The notes under the pieces: model-generated
Seen by the model: the letters and a program-made list of their open reading frames with translations, nothing else
Database searches by the model: none
What the model was told of the DNA's origin: nothing
Part shown: one piece after another, positions 33,233-49,124 of the stretch
Layout: each line of letters opens with the position of its first letter
Position numbering within the stretch: the first letter of the stretch is position 1
Assembly: GCF_009914755.1 (NCBI RefSeq)
Contig: NC_060934.1
Strand: one strand, 5' to 3'
Length of the DNA stretch: 64,000 nt
DNA from: the human T2T-CHM13v2.0 reference genome, Homo sapiens
Translations under genes and position numbers: made by a program

Positions 33233-33636
33233 TTTTTTTAAACATAAATAAAGACCACACTATCTTTTTTGAAGATTATGTTCACATTTCATTCTCTCCA
33301 TTGAACTGTATAGATGTATTACCTGTATATAAAGAATGTAAATTTTTTTGTATTAAAAATCGACACCTTAAAAAAAAACTAATACCACCACAAGGTTAAG
33401 CTCTGAGGAGATTTCAGCTTTACAATAATTACATTGTTACAATAATGTTTAACTTCTCAATAATTAAAAACCAAAGCAATGTTGCAACCTTGGTTCAATA
33501 TTCAAATATATTTTTCTTGGTAACCAAGCTACTTCACTATTTATAGTACTTTATAAATGATTTAGAATTGTTATGCAGTTTTTTCAAAGAAGTATTCATA
33601 AGGTAAATTTAGAAAATTATTTTAAAACGAAAGTGA

Positions 33637-33655
33637 TGCCCACCAGATGGTGCTA
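33637..33655 (+). promoter_or_regulatory. Candidate CTCF binding motif
   Basis: tgcccaccagatggtgcta vs consensus TGGCCACCAGGGGGCGCTA, in non-repetitive sequence. Confidence 0.55.
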
Positions 33656-34884
33656 TTTCGCCTGTTTTATCTGCGACAATAAGTAGGAAAAATGAATATA
33701 GAACTTCAAAAAAGTGTATGGAAGATCTAGAATATTTGGGCATTGTATTTTGGGTGTAGATGAGCTCAGTGGAAGGAAGCATTCAAATATTCTAAACTTG
33801 TGTTTAGTACTGTATGTTTATCTTGATAAAGGTAAAGATGAATTCCCAGAGTTAATATGCCAGATAACCTTTTATTTAGTCTAAATGTTAAGTAGATTTT
33901 TTGAAAAGTTGACCTATATGCAAATTTTATTAACTTCATAGCTGTATATGCATGAAAAATGAAATTATTTATTAGATATGTGTTACCAAAATTTGTTTCA
34001 AGATTTCTTTATATTGTTAAGTAAACAATATTACTATCTCATTTGAGTTACATTGTGATTTACAAATTAAGGGAAACATTTTGATTTTTTTATGTGTTTG
34101 TAATTATTACCCAGAAACTTAGGCTTGAATTCACTATTTTTACAAAGGAAAGAGATGACTCTTCTAAATTAATTTTTGTATTAGGAAGAGGGCAAACTAT
34201 GTGGTACAGTGTTCACTTAGATGCAGCCATTGAATGACGATCCATTAGAGTCAAAATGGTTAGTTAGCTAATGAAATACACTTTTCAGTAAAGCTGGAAA
34301 GATTTAGCCAGCTCTTAAAAGTGTTTCTAGGATTTTAATGTAGTCTTTTTCCCGCTGATTTTATTATCACTCTGTATTCTTCTCTGGTCATGAGATTGAA
34401 CCATAAAAGTCATGTAGATGCTTGTTATAAGTATTTGCCAAAGTCATCATTGTCAGTGATTTTATTGGCATGTGTGAAATTAGAGATTAAACTTGCTTTT
34501 AAATCTTGCATTTGAATTTTTCTTCTGGAAGGGTACATGTATAACTTTCAATTTAATGTTCAATTATTGGTAACAGAATGAAGCATCTCTCTATAGGCCA
34601 GTAAATATATATAGTAGATTTTATTGTATTCCTGTACTGTTTTTGAATGAATATTTTACTAATTATATTAACATAATCCTCATACATACCCTTAAGATTA
34701 GGACCTACTATAATGCTTTATTTGAACTTGTTTCATAGCATTTGTCTTTTTTAACTTTGGATTATAGTTTTGGAATATAAATCAGATCCCTCCTACAAAA
34801 ACATAAAGTTCTTCATGCTTTCTCTCATTCCACTTATCACAATACTTTACATGTAGTAGATGACCCTATATATTTTTTATATAA

Positions 34885-35295
<411 letters not shown>

Positions 35296-35450
35296 TGACT
35301 TTTTATAGTTGGGTTTAAAAGGATCATCTCATTGGAATCTCATATCACAGTTATGATGCATTCTGTCATGATGAGGATAAGTGTATATTCAGGTTAAAAA
35401 AAATCAAAATATTATTGTCAGCCTGCATCAGTATTAGAGATTGTCTGGTC

Positions 35451-36450
35451 CAGGAGTTCTCAGATTGTGATTCAAGGGCCTCTTGTGGGAGGGGGGGGTC
35501 AGGGGTCCTTAAGACCTTGACAGAAGTTCTGTGAGGGCAGAACTATATTCAAAGTAATACTAAGACTGTGTTTACCCTTTTCATTCTCATTCTCTCATGA
35601 GCATAGGTGGAGTTTTCTAGAGGTTGCATACCATGCCATACTGATTGAATGCACAAGTTATATGAAACTCTAGCAGTTCTGTCAAAAGACAAAGTTACAA
35701 CAAATTTAGTTTAAAGATCTCAGTCAGCTTTATTGTGATTCTAGAATCAGGCAATACTTCATTCCATAAAGTAGAGTGTGTGTTCTAATGAGTTGAGCAG
35801 ATGGTTGGTTTTATAGACAGAAAGGGCTGAAGAAAGCAGATTGGTCATTTCAAAGTGAATTCTCTTGTAAGGTCTGGATGGGGAGACAGGACAATAGAAA
35901 GACTGGTTAATATCAGGTTACTTCAGATTAGGGATTAAAACAGAGGAAACTTCATTATCATGCCCATTGAATACTTCATTATCATGTGCATTGAATATTG
36001 AAAATTGTCCTGTTTGGGATATTAGGCTGTTATCTGTCTCTCCTGATTTTTTAGAAAGTCAAGATAACAACTCAGTTTGGGTTTGGTGAGCATGGGTGAC
36101 TCCATTTTGATTTTTAGTCTGGTCTTCTTTTGGAGCCTAGTGTAGGAGTTTTGTTCAAAACAGTGGCCTATAATTTTGGCTTCATAAGCCAGACATTAAA
36201 GAGATTTGCAAAGATTATAAAACAGTGCTTCTCTTGTCACTAAGATTTTTTTTAGTTTGGAAATAGTTATTTTCATAAAATGTTACATTAACATTTAATG
36301 AATTTATTCTTAAAATAATAAATATTTAAAAAAGTTATATTTTAACTTCTAATATGATAACTAGGGCTAGATATTAAAGCTCCTTGAATTACTCGATACT
36401 CTTTTTAAAGTGTAAAGTGGTCCTGAGATGAAAGTGTCTGAGAACTTATG
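35451..36450 (+). mobile_element. Charlie4a-like hAT element interrupted by an LTR
   Basis: gttctcagattgtg...cattctcattctctcatgag; resumes at aagccagacattaaagagatttgcaaa and ends tgagaact. Confidence 0.65.
35680..36176 (-). mobile_element. ERV1 LTR (MER31/MER67-like) nested in the Charlie element
   Basis: tgtcaaaagacaaagttacaacaaatttagtttaaagatct...gactccattttgatttttagtctggtc; internal 24-bp duplication at 35949-35996. Confidence 0.65.
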
Positions 36451-36570
36451 ATCCTAATTCTTTATCCTCATTTCATAGATGAGAATACTATGAGCCCAGA
36501 GAGGTTAGTTTAGTTAAGTACACTCATCCAGTTTTTGGCTTAGCTGATTCTTGGATCACTGACATCTGGC

Positions 36571-36900
36571 TTTTTTTGATTTTTTTTTTTTTAAGTTTTT
36601 TTTTTTTTTTTTTTTTTTTTTGAGACAGAGTCTTGCTGTGTCAGCTAGGCTCGGGGGCTGGAGTGCAGTGGTGCAGTCATGGCTCACTGCAGCCTTCACT
36701 GCCTGGGCTCAAGTGATCCTCCCACCTCAGCCTCCTGAGTACCTGGGACTACAGGCACGTGCCACCATGCCTGGCTAATTTTTGTGTTTTTTGTAGAGAA
36801 GGGTATTTTTTGTTGCCCAGGCTGGTCTCAAACTCTTGGGCTTAAGTGATCAGCTAGCCTTGACCTCCCAAAATGTTGGGATGAGCCACCTTGCCTGGCC
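36571..36900 (-). mobile_element. AluJ with long T tract
   Basis: Reverse Alu. Confidence 0.87.
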
Positions 36901-37741
36901 TGATATATTTTATTAGCAGTTTTGCTGTTTAGATATTCTTCAACCTAATACCAACCATCAGCTCCTTTAACAGTTTCTTCATTTGATATTTTAACTAACT
37001 TTATTAAGTACATGAGTAAATTAGGAATATTGACCTACTTTTTCAACAACAATAAAATGGTGTTTTTTTTAACTCAAAAAATGTCTAGAAAAAGGGAATT
37101 GATATATGAAACAGTGTAACCTTAGCGTCAGAAAGAATAATGTTGAGGGCAAAGAAATAGGTTCTTGTGTTTTAGAGACTCTTTTACTGTCTTTTTTCCT
37201 TTTTTTCCCCCCTTCTTCAACAACAAAACATTGGTTACAAGCTTCCCTGGGCATTTATGGCAGCCCACCTACAGAAGAACAAGTGTTCTGTTTTAAAATT
37301 TTAAAAATTTTATCAAGAGGATAATAATTACACATATGCTGCTTTTTTGATGGATATGTATTATTTCTCAGGTTGAGCCTCATGGTGGGGGTGGTAGATT
37401 CTAACCCCCTCCTTTTAATTGTTGAATGAATTTAAAACTATGTCATAAAGAAACTGCGTAATTTTAATTCAAAGAAAGATAATTAGGATATACATAATAT
37501 CCCTCTTCCTTTGAGGGGCTTCCTTCGTGTAGAAGACATGGACTGAGTGATTTTTGCTCAATAAAGGAAAACTTTCTAGTAGTAAAGAAATACAAAAATA
37601 GAATCAGCTTGTTTGGAAGTAGTGAGTTCCCTTTCTTATGAGGCATTAAAGCATAGACCAGATTATTGACTGTTAGTAGGAGTACTAGCAAATGAATCAG
37701 TAGATGGAGGGTTAATTGGGTTACATGACCTTTCAGATTGC

Positions 37742-38026
<285 letters not shown>

Positions 38027-38866
38027 TTCAAATTCTTTTATTAAGTGTTTGAGTATACTTGTTCAAAATAACTTTTTAAACAAGTATAAAAAGGCAGTTG
38101 GTTTAGCAGATGTATTCTACTTTTATATCAGCTGCTCTGTTAACCTAAAGATTTTATGGATCTGTGGTCTCACCATGATCACTGACATCAATTCTCCTTG
38201 AAGGAGGATGAGTTTTGTTTGTTCATTTTATTGCAAACCATTTGAAGAGATGATAGATTGGTAGCAGAAATTTGGCAGAGAAAAGGATGATAAACATTAG
38301 AAAGGAGGATAAAGCCCACTGGAAGACATAAATGAATTGATGATATTTTGGTGTATATTTTCTCATTGCTTTATGATTATAAATATTTTCTGCTGCTTTT
38401 TGCCACTATCTATTTTTCATGTCTTCCAATAAAGTATTCCATGGCCAAAATTTGTGTGAAATTCTCTTCGGTTGTTGCTGGTTTTACAAGTTATAGGGTT
38501 CTTTGGAATATAATTACTGAAATGATGACTACACTAAAACATATTTCTTCTTAATTTAACAAAGTATTTAGTGGGAGGAAGGCTCTAGCTTTTCTTATTT
38601 TCTTTAATGTTTTTTAGGCATGCTAGAGGAAAATAGTGTTCTTACTATTAGTTTTGAACATTTTTTATGACTATAGAGTTGAAAGCCCAAAACACTAGAA
38701 GTAAATGGATCATTGCAAAATATTTGTTTTGTTTTCATTTGTGAGTGGGGCATTCGTGTGTCACTGTGTCTATGCTTCTATTTTTCTCTGTATATAGTTT
38801 ATATCCTTAAGACTTTCAGAAAGAAATTGAGATGTTATGTTGTTTTATTGTATATGCATGTACATG

Positions 38867-38870
<4 letters not shown>

Positions 38871-38898
<28 letters not shown>
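38871..38898 (+). repeat. (CA)n microsatellite
   Basis: About 14 CA units. Confidence 0.95.
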
Positions 38899-38903
<5 letters not shown>

Positions 38904-39169
38904 ATTTGTTCATCATATATTTAAGGCCTGACATAGGTCTTACAAAGTTCAATTACTATAGGGCTTAAGTAGGAAATGAATGGTAAAATGAGCCAATTTG
39001 AAGCAATAAATACTGATTGATAGATTATCACCTTCTTCCAAATAAGATATGTGGCATCGTAGAATCTTGCTCTTAGATACACAGATATGTGTGATGTTTA
39101 AATAGTTGAGAAATTCAACCAGAAATGAATGAAAGGGTTTTCCCGTTATCCTGTCATACGCAAATTACC

Positions 39170-40630
39170 AGATCATTCAGTTCTTCAATTTATCAATTCA
39201 TGTATTTATTCATTTAACTAATATTTGTTAGTTTTATACTATGTGTAAAGCCCTATTTTAGACACTGAATACAGTGCCAGACAGTAATTTTCCTGCACTC
39301 ATAGTTTATACTCTAATAGAGAATGTAGAATTGAGCTTTAAATTTCCTATTCAATAAGTATTTTTAGTAATATGTGAAGTACAAGAGCTTCTGAAGACTT
39401 ATTGCGCCACTCTCTCCCTATTCATCCATTTACCAGTTGTTACTGAATGCTTACTCTATGTACTAGAAATGCAGAGATGAGTAAGATACAACCTGGCCCT
39501 GAAAAAAATTCAGTCTATTTGGAGTTATAGACAGGCAGTAACTAGCTATTATATAGTGTGATGATGGCTATGATATAATTACAAATAATATTCTGCAAGA
39601 ACAGTAATTTTCTCTAGCTGTGAGGTATGCAAGAAGCTATCATAGAGAACTAATATTTGAGGATGAGTAGAAATAGTCGGGTATAGGGAGATCAAAGGAG
39701 AAGTTACTCCTATTCCCCAAATAGAGGGTTCTTCATGAACACACAGAAGTAGGCAAGGTCTGTTTGGAGAATGGTGAGATATTGTGTAGTTTGGGTAAAA
39801 CACTGGGTATGTCATGGAGGGAGAGGTAAAAGAAGAAGCTACAACGTAGGTTCAGGCCGAATTGTGAAAAGTTTTATATACAAGGTTAAAGTTGGCTTTT
39901 TATTTTACAGTTAGTTGGGGACCTGTGGAAGATTTTTCAGCAGGCAAACATACTTAGTCTGCAGTTTACAAAGATAGTTGATAGAATACAGGATGAAGTA
40001 GTGAGAAGTTGAGGCTATGGAAAGGCAGGTATACCAGTTTGAAAACTTCATAATAGATATGAATGAAATAATGAGGGTCTCTTATAGGGTAGTAGTAGTA
40101 GTGACTTTAGAACACAGGGATGGATTAAAAATCAAATTCAGAGGTATTTTTGTTTTGCTTCATTTTTTTGAGACAGGGTCTTGCTCTGTCACCCATGCTG
40201 GAGTGCAGTGACATGATCACAGCTCACTGCAGCTAGGGCTACAGATGTGTGCCACCATGGCTGGCCAATTTTTTATTTTTATTTTTATTTTTGGTAGAGA
40301 CAAGGTCTCATTATGTTGCCCAGGCTGGTCTTAAAATCCTGAGCTCAAGCGATTCTTCCATCTCAGTCTCCCAAATTGCTAGGATTACAAGCATGAGCCA
40401 CCATGCCTGGTCCAGAGTTAGAACTGACAGGATTTAGTGAGTGATCCATATGGAGAGAGGGCGTTGAAAAAGATTTTGAAGTTTTGTGTTTAGTGTCTGC
40501 ATAATTAAATGCTGGTACTATTAACTTCAAAAGGAAAAGCAATATGGTTGAGGGAAGCAATGAATTTGGTTTTGTAATATTGAGGGCAGGAGTAAACCTA
40601 AGGGAATGTTGGAGGCATTTAAATTCTAAG
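39170..40630 (-). mobile_element. Degraded L2 fragments, interrupted by an Alu
   Basis: (ttca)-rich L2 tails and L2 body motifs. Confidence 0.5.
40147..40412 (-). mobile_element. AluJ with deletion
   Basis: Reverse Alu. Confidence 0.82.
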
Positions 40631-40849
40631 TGGAGGAGATGCCTATTCAAGAGAAAGGAGGAGGAGTAGGGGGAAGAGATAGCTGTTCAGTGTGTCATTA
40701 AACCTCTCAAATCCTCAGTTTGTTATTTATCATATATTGGAGGTAGAATCAATAATTTTTCTGGTTTTGAAATAACCTGTGTTTTAGTTATCACAAATTC
40801 TAAATTAGTAGTACAAAAATTATAATAATTATAGTTTATATGTTATAGA

Positions 40850-41085
40850 CTGATGATAATATTTATTGATTACTTCCTGTGAAGTTTAGGTAAAATGCTA
40901 AGCATTTTGCATTCATCATCCATTTAATTCTCCTAGCAATATGAGTTAAATATTATTACTATCTGGATTTTCAGAAAAGGGAAGATAACTTGACCAAGAT
41001 TGTTACAGCAAATAAGTGGTGGATGGGTATTCAAACCCAGGACAATCTGACATTAAAACTCAAGCTTTTAACCACTATATTATTT
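40850..41085 (-). mobile_element. MIR
   Basis: catttaattctc...taacttgaccaag...attcaaacccagg...tttaaccactat. Confidence 0.65.
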
Positions 41086-42435
41086 GCCTGTCTTGTAGAA
41101 CATAAGAGTTGTAATGAATCTAAAACATCATCTAGCCCTTTCCTGTAATCAGATTTATGTCATAGCTAAGGTCTGTAATTAATGTCAAAATTAGCTATCC
41201 AATTTACTTAATAAGAAGCTTACTCCACAGCCATTCATTACTGCTGTTTTCCTTGTGGCAGATACTTTTTTTTTTTTTTTTTTTTTTTGTCGACTCACCT
41301 CTTTACCGTGTGATGTGAGTAAATTCTGTATAGTCTAGGCCACTCATGATTATCCCATTTTTCTTGCTAGTCATTAATTAAGACCTGAACATAGGACTGA
41401 TATCTGACCAATAACTCATTTGTGGCCAATGAGACATGAGGGGAGGTTTGGTGGAGGGGCTTCTTGGAAAGGTAACACCTCCTCTCCCCTCATTTTTGGA
41501 TGTTTCTATCTAGATGGGTTCTTGGAATTGTGAGAGCTATCTTGGAATTATTTGGGGCCTAGGTCAGGATAAAACCAAAACACTGGATGGCACAGTGAAA
41601 AGATGGTGAGAACTTGGATCCTTAATGATCTTGTTGAACTTCTAAATTACCCATTCCTAAAGCTATTGTGCCTCAGGACTAGGTCTTACATGAAATTAGA
41701 GGGAATTTATTAGGCTGTGTGAAACAAGGACTTTTTAAGGCTACTAACAGTTTTTTTCTTTTAAACGATACTTATCACTGAAAGAAACCTAACTGGGATC
41801 TGCAGTGTTTATCTTTGTCTGAAGTAAATAGAAAGGCACTGTAGGGCTTGCATTACTGTTGAGACACAATTAAAACAGGAATAGAAGACAATTTTTGTGT
41901 CACTGCACCTAATTTAATTGGTGTAGAAGTTGGAGATGATCATGCTCTAGAAAACAGATCTTATATATGTTAAAGGTAGCAAAGTGTCATTGAGGAAATG
42001 AGTCTGATTATTCTGACAGTTTCTGTAGGTAAAAGGAATAGAAAGTAAGTGTTCAGATTAGGTTAGGAAATAGAAATGGATTTAGTTTGTAGACAGTTAA
42101 CCTACGTTTCAGGGTCCTTCCAAGACTCTGGAAGAATCTCAAGCAATGTGTTAACATAATATTTTGGGTGAGGCGGGGTAAGATTTGCAAAAGTTAGGTA
42201 TTTAATCCATTAAAACTGCTATTCCTTTTCACTTAGACTTTCCCTGTATCATACCCTCATATTGGGTGGCATTAGAGTGGCCTGAGCTAAGGGAAAATTG
42301 AGTAGAGGATACATTTAGAGATAGTATATGGTTAGCAGTTGTTTATGTGTCCAGTTATTTTGTAGGCATTACTTCCAGGAATGTTATTACTGTCCACTGT
42401 GTCTACTTCCCTGGCCTTGTGATACATAGATGTAG

Positions 42436-42907
42436 TTTTGCAGGGCAGGTGAGCCCCAAAGTGGGGCTCAGCCCGTGAGGGTTCTTGGCTTTGCCCAGAA
42501 AAGAATTCAAGGGCAAGCCAGAGGTAGAAGAAAATAGATTTATTGAACAGGCAGTGTTACAGCTCTGGTGGTGTTATAGCTCGGTGACTGCTCCTGCAGA
42601 GCAGGGCTACCCCGTAGGCAGAGAGTAGCAGTTCAGGGCAGTTATTAATACCCTTTTTTAATAACATGCAGATTAAGGAGTGGTTTATGCAGAAATTTCT
42701 AGGGAAGGGATAGTAACTTTTGGGTCATTGGGTCATTGCCATGGAAAGTGGTGGTAACTCCTGGGTGTTCTCATAGCAGTGTTGACATGGCACACTGGTG
42801 GGTGTGTCTGATGGAAAGCTTCTTCTGCCTAACCATCTTTCAGCTAGTCCTCAATTTAATTGGGTGTCTGAACCTGTCTCTAGAGTCAAGTCCTGCCTCC
42901 TAACTCA
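42436..42907 (-). mobile_element. ERV1 solo LTR (MER66-like)
   Basis: 4-bp TSD gtag (42432-42435, 42908-42911); ends gtcctgcctcctaactca. Confidence 0.75.
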
Positions 42908-43024
42908 GTAGGGGCAAGGGTCTTAGAGCATTATAAATATGTTCTTTGTGGTAGAGGTAGAGGAAGAGAAACATCGTTTAAGTGTTTAGAGTGAGAAACT
43001 AGTCTGGAAAATTTTTCTAAATCT

Positions 43025-43755
<731 letters not shown>

Positions 43756-44416
43756 AAAGGAATTAGCTCACCAAAAACACCAAATGCAGTATTTTTAATA
43801 TTTACCTTTCAGGTTCGGTTGCTGGATCTAGATATGCCTCTTTTTTTTATTTCCTCATTTTTTCTTCTAAAAAGAAAATTATGTATTTTAATGTCAGATT
43901 GCTTTTGATTAAAATGTTTCATATTAAAATTGTATACCTGAAAAATATTATTCAATAACACACTTCAAAAAGTTGACAGTTAAAAAAAAAAGAATAGCCC
44001 TTGTTACTTTTCTTATCTAATCACAGAGTTTGTGTAGTGAATGTAAAAAGAAAAAAAAATTGTTACAAGTTTGGAGCAAAGAGCTCTGTGTTTAAAAGGA
44101 ATCTCCTTCTTTTTTTGTGTGTTTTTCCTTTTGTACCAATGGGGAACCTAAATCTGTTTTAGTTGCACAGACACAATGGACAAATAGTCATTTTGTATTT
44201 GCCAAGTGTGATACCTTCCTTTGTTTATTTGCTATTAAACTGTTGAGAGTTTTATGGCTAGTGGATAATCATTGTTCAAACTTTTTAATAACTACAGTGA
44301 ATTGTGTTAATATAAAATTATGCTGTACAGTATTTTCTTGTTATGTTGATGGTCAAAGTGAACATCAGATATTAAAAATTTAGATGAGTAAAATATTAAA
44401 CAGCCTATTTTTGTCA

Positions 44417-44904
44417 TGTAACAAAAGACCATGAGATCCATGGAGGAAAAAAGGACAGCTTTATTTTTCTATAGAAAACAATAGTAGGTTGGGGATATGC
44501 AGCCTGTGGTGTAAAATGAAAATGAGGTCCTAGTTGGGGGTTGGAGAGTTAGAAATTATAAAGGCAAAAATTGTAGGACAGGGGAGGTGGGGTCAAGGAA
44601 GTAAGGAATAAAGTCTTGATTAGATGACCTTTAATCCCCAAATCACCAGTGTGTCTTAGTTGGTTGTTTCCAGGTGGTTGGTCAGTTGGCACCAGGTGGT
44701 CTTTTGGTGATCATTTGGGGAATTTCCAAATGATCACCAAAAGGAACTGTTCTTTGACTTGGTGGCAGAAAAACAGGTTTTGCAACACTTTTAAGGACAC
44801 AGGGTATAATTGCTCCCTTACCCTGTCATTGCCTCTTGGTTCTGCTTTTACCTTTGAGCCACAAGGAGTCTATCTTGTCAATTAACTGGGGGCATAATTT
44901 GACA
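44417..44904 (-). mobile_element. Old LTR, probably ERV1 class
   Basis: TG...CA ends, near-TSD gtca/gtcc, reverse AATAAA near 44460. Confidence 0.5.
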
Positions 44905-46520
44905 GTCCAATATGTATAATGATGACAACACCTCCACTAACATGAATGCCATTCTTAGAATTTCTCATAGATCCTGGCATTTGGTACATCTGAGTTGAAT
45001 AAATAAAAGTCTGGGGAATGAATGAAAGAAAAATTAGTTCAATGTCCTATAACTTTAAGTTAATTTATTAGAATTGCCACCAACAAAATTAGCTCTAGCA
45101 TTTAGATACTAAAAGGAATTTGTTAAGCAAACTTACTTTTGCAGTTATCTCTCCATGGACAGTCAGAACAGGTATTCTTCATTTCTAAAACATACTGCTG
45201 TTCTTTAAGACCATTCTTTGGCACTGTGGAACTTTAGTCATTTTCTAGACATTTGTTAGCCACTAAATGTCTCATACCAGGGACTCATATTTGTAAATAA
45301 TAGTGTCTGCCTTTGAGAAGCTCATAACTGGGTAGTCAACGAACAGTCACAGTGCAGATCTGGAATCAGTGTTGAGGGAGTACAAAATCCTTTGGGTGTT
45401 GTAATCAGAGTCAAGAAAAGCTTCACAGTGGCGATAGGCTTAAGCTTAGTTGAAGGAAGAGGAAGCTTTCAAGTGGAGGTGGCAGAGAAAGCATTCTGAC
45501 ATGTGAAAAGGCAGGAAAGCCTGCGTGCAGCATATTTATTAGTTTTGTCTCCCTTGGAGCATTTTGTAAATTTTATTGAGTATTCAGAGTTGACAGAAAG
45601 GCAGTCAGGGATCATTTCATGGAGCGCCATGCTGAGAAGATTAGAGGATTTTAAGCAAGTGATGTGGTCAAATTTGCAGTTTTGAAAGAGTACTTAACAT
45701 TATCCTGGTTATATGTTTAGCAGATTTGGCAAGAACTGATTGTTATGATTTGATAGTCATTTAATACAAAAAGGAACCTGGAATGCTCTTCGTCTTTAGT
45801 GAACATTATGTAACCTATCTTCATGGCCTTCTTAGTGAGGTAAACATTTTTTTTTTGAAATTGTAAAGATTTAAACTTTTTGAAGGGTAAACTTTCTCAG
45901 ATAATTATGCTTAGTTGTGAGCAGAAGTAAAATAATGTTTTTACAGGCCAGAGCATTTAATTACCAGTGCAAGACTGTCCAGACTACTCTTTCCATTTAC
46001 CATGATAACTGGTAAAATGTGAGATGGTGATTGCTCCATCATCTTGGGTACTGAGATGAAAAGATGTGGGGTGGAGTCCTCAAATGACTTATGATGAACA
46101 GCTAGTGTAAGCAAGAAAATGACCTTATTGTTTTAAGCCACTGATATTTTGCAGTTCTTACCTGATAAATGGTACATGAACCTAACGTGTTTTTATTGAT
46201 GCAACCATATATCAAAACAGTATTTTTGAAGGAATCATTGTAGAAGTACAGACATTTATAGAAAATTTTTTACCTCTCTGATTTAGAGAAATTTTTGAAA
46301 TCACAATAACTTAGGTAACATAGTAACATAAAAGTTCTCATAATATGTGTAAACCAAAATGAGTTACTGCAACTAAGAGTCATTTTGAAAGAGACTAAAA
46401 TTGACTTATCTTTAATTTGTTAAATAAAAGTGTGATATTAAATCCATTACAAAAATGGGTAAAAATTGAAGACAACTGCAATTTTATAGGTTACTGAACT
46501 TTATATTTTACATGATATTA

Positions 46521-46747
46521 CAGTCATCCTTCAGTATACATGGGCGGGTGGTTCCAGGACCCAAGTCTACAAATATGTAAGTCCCACAGTGGGTGCTGTG
46601 AAACCTACATAAAGGAAAAGTTGGCTCTCTGTATGCGCAAGTTTCGTATCCTGTGAATTCTGTATTTTCAATCCACATTTGGTTGAAAAATTTCAGCCTG
46701 TAGGTGGACTTGCGCAGTTCAAACCCACTTCATTCAAGGGTCAACTG
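46521..46747 (+). mobile_element. MER8 (TcMar-Tigger MITE)
   Basis: ta|cagtcatcct...aagggtcaactg|ta with TA TSD. Confidence 0.8.
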
Positions 46748-47887
46748 TATTTTATAGTCAGTATTTGCATAATAAGGAAATCTAAATGGTACTTTGATAT
46801 TCAAAGTTTCATAATAATCTATATGTATGTTTTAAAGTGAGTGTGGTGATATTAATACTTAAATGAAAAATATGAGTTAATAAAGCAATTTATAATTTTA
46901 TATCAATTGAGCATATTGTTTTTGAAATTTAATTTAGAATAATCATCTATACATAATCTATAGATACTTTAGTCTTTCTATATGACATTCTTATGGTGGT
47001 TTATTGATTATCATAACTATGAATAATGAGTAAAAATTATACAACTATACAAGCCAATATATGCTTGAAATTATTATTTATTGATAGTAAATTAGATTTT
47101 GACATGAAATGATTTCTGTTTAGGCAATAAATTTAAACTATAGAAAAAAATGCAGTGTAACTTGTACTGTAAATAAACGATTAGCAATGAACATTACAGT
47201 GAGAGCTGATAGTTTATGAATTATTCACTGCAAACTTATTGTCTCTGTGTCATTAACATGTAAGATAATGAGCCTAATTACCATGGCTTTAAACTCAGGG
47301 GAGTTAGCAATTTATGTGTAAAAGTTTCTGGGCTGTAGTTACCACCCACAAGGGTATTGAGAGAACTGCAGACACTACTTCTGTGTTTTGTTTCAGAAAT
47401 GTTCTTTTTCCTCACTTGCTTCCTTCTTAATAAATTAGTTTTTATTTATTTTTATAGTGAGAATTATGAGCTTTTCCTCTTGCTTGAATACCTTTTTAAA
47501 GGAGTTATGAGAAATATTTAAGTATTTTTTTAGTGTAGTTTAGTGTTGTAAGTAGACAAAATATTATTAGATGTATTCTTTTATTTGCTTACATAAGTTG
47601 GCATCACTTACTATAGTAAATGACCACTAATAGTGTAATTTCTTGGAAAATCTAGCCTAAAAGGTCAATATTAATAATTGGTTTTCTCCTCTAAAAGGAT
47701 TTGTACTAAGATGATTTACTTTCAAAGTACTCAGTATTAGCCTATAGCCTTTTTTCTAATCTTTAATATTGTATCTTTGATCTTAATTTAAAGTTTTGAT
47801 GAACTTGTTGCTTCTATTTTCTCTCTTATAGTATAAATTATCTGTAATAAGCCACCTTAATTAAAGTTGGTAAATCTACAACTGCTT

Positions 47888-47917
47888 CAATTATACACTA
47901 ATCAATTATACACTAAT
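47888..47917. repeat. Perfect 15-bp tandem duplication
   Basis: caattatacactaat x2. Confidence 0.9.
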
Positions 47918-48266
47918 TTAATTCTACTTAGCAGGATACGGTACATCATTAATCAGTTTTAGACTTAATACAACAGATTTAGAAGTAATCAAAATTGAAG
48001 CATTTTATTTAGCTGGGAAAAAAATGAAGGGTCATAATCTAGTAATTCACATATCAATTCTGATAAAAATCAAAGATTCTTTGCTAAAAATGAAGGAATG
48101 TAGCTGTTATGTTTACTGTTGAGTGCCATGGGCTGAAGCTGTGATTATATAATATCTTTAGATGTTAATAGCATAATAGTTTTGTGCTCTACCTTTTTCT
48201 TTAAATTGTTATTCATGTTACTAAATGGGTTGTTTTCTGTAACATGATTGTTTAACGTATACATAA

Positions 48267-48612
<346 letters not shown>

Positions 48613-48755
48613 ATATAGAATATTTACTAGTAGTTTGTTTTGAACATGTAAGCATGTGCACAAATGTATTTTTTTCAGAATTATGTTAAATAAGATGATT
48701 AGATATAATTAACTCAAAAATCTTTAGCAAAATGATCTTTGTTTTCTGTGATTGA

Positions 48756-49124
<369 letters not shown>

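Noticed and set aside
41266-41288. Isolated poly-T run as a retro-insertion tail
   Set aside because: No adjacent element body or TSD recognised; treated as a simple repeat.
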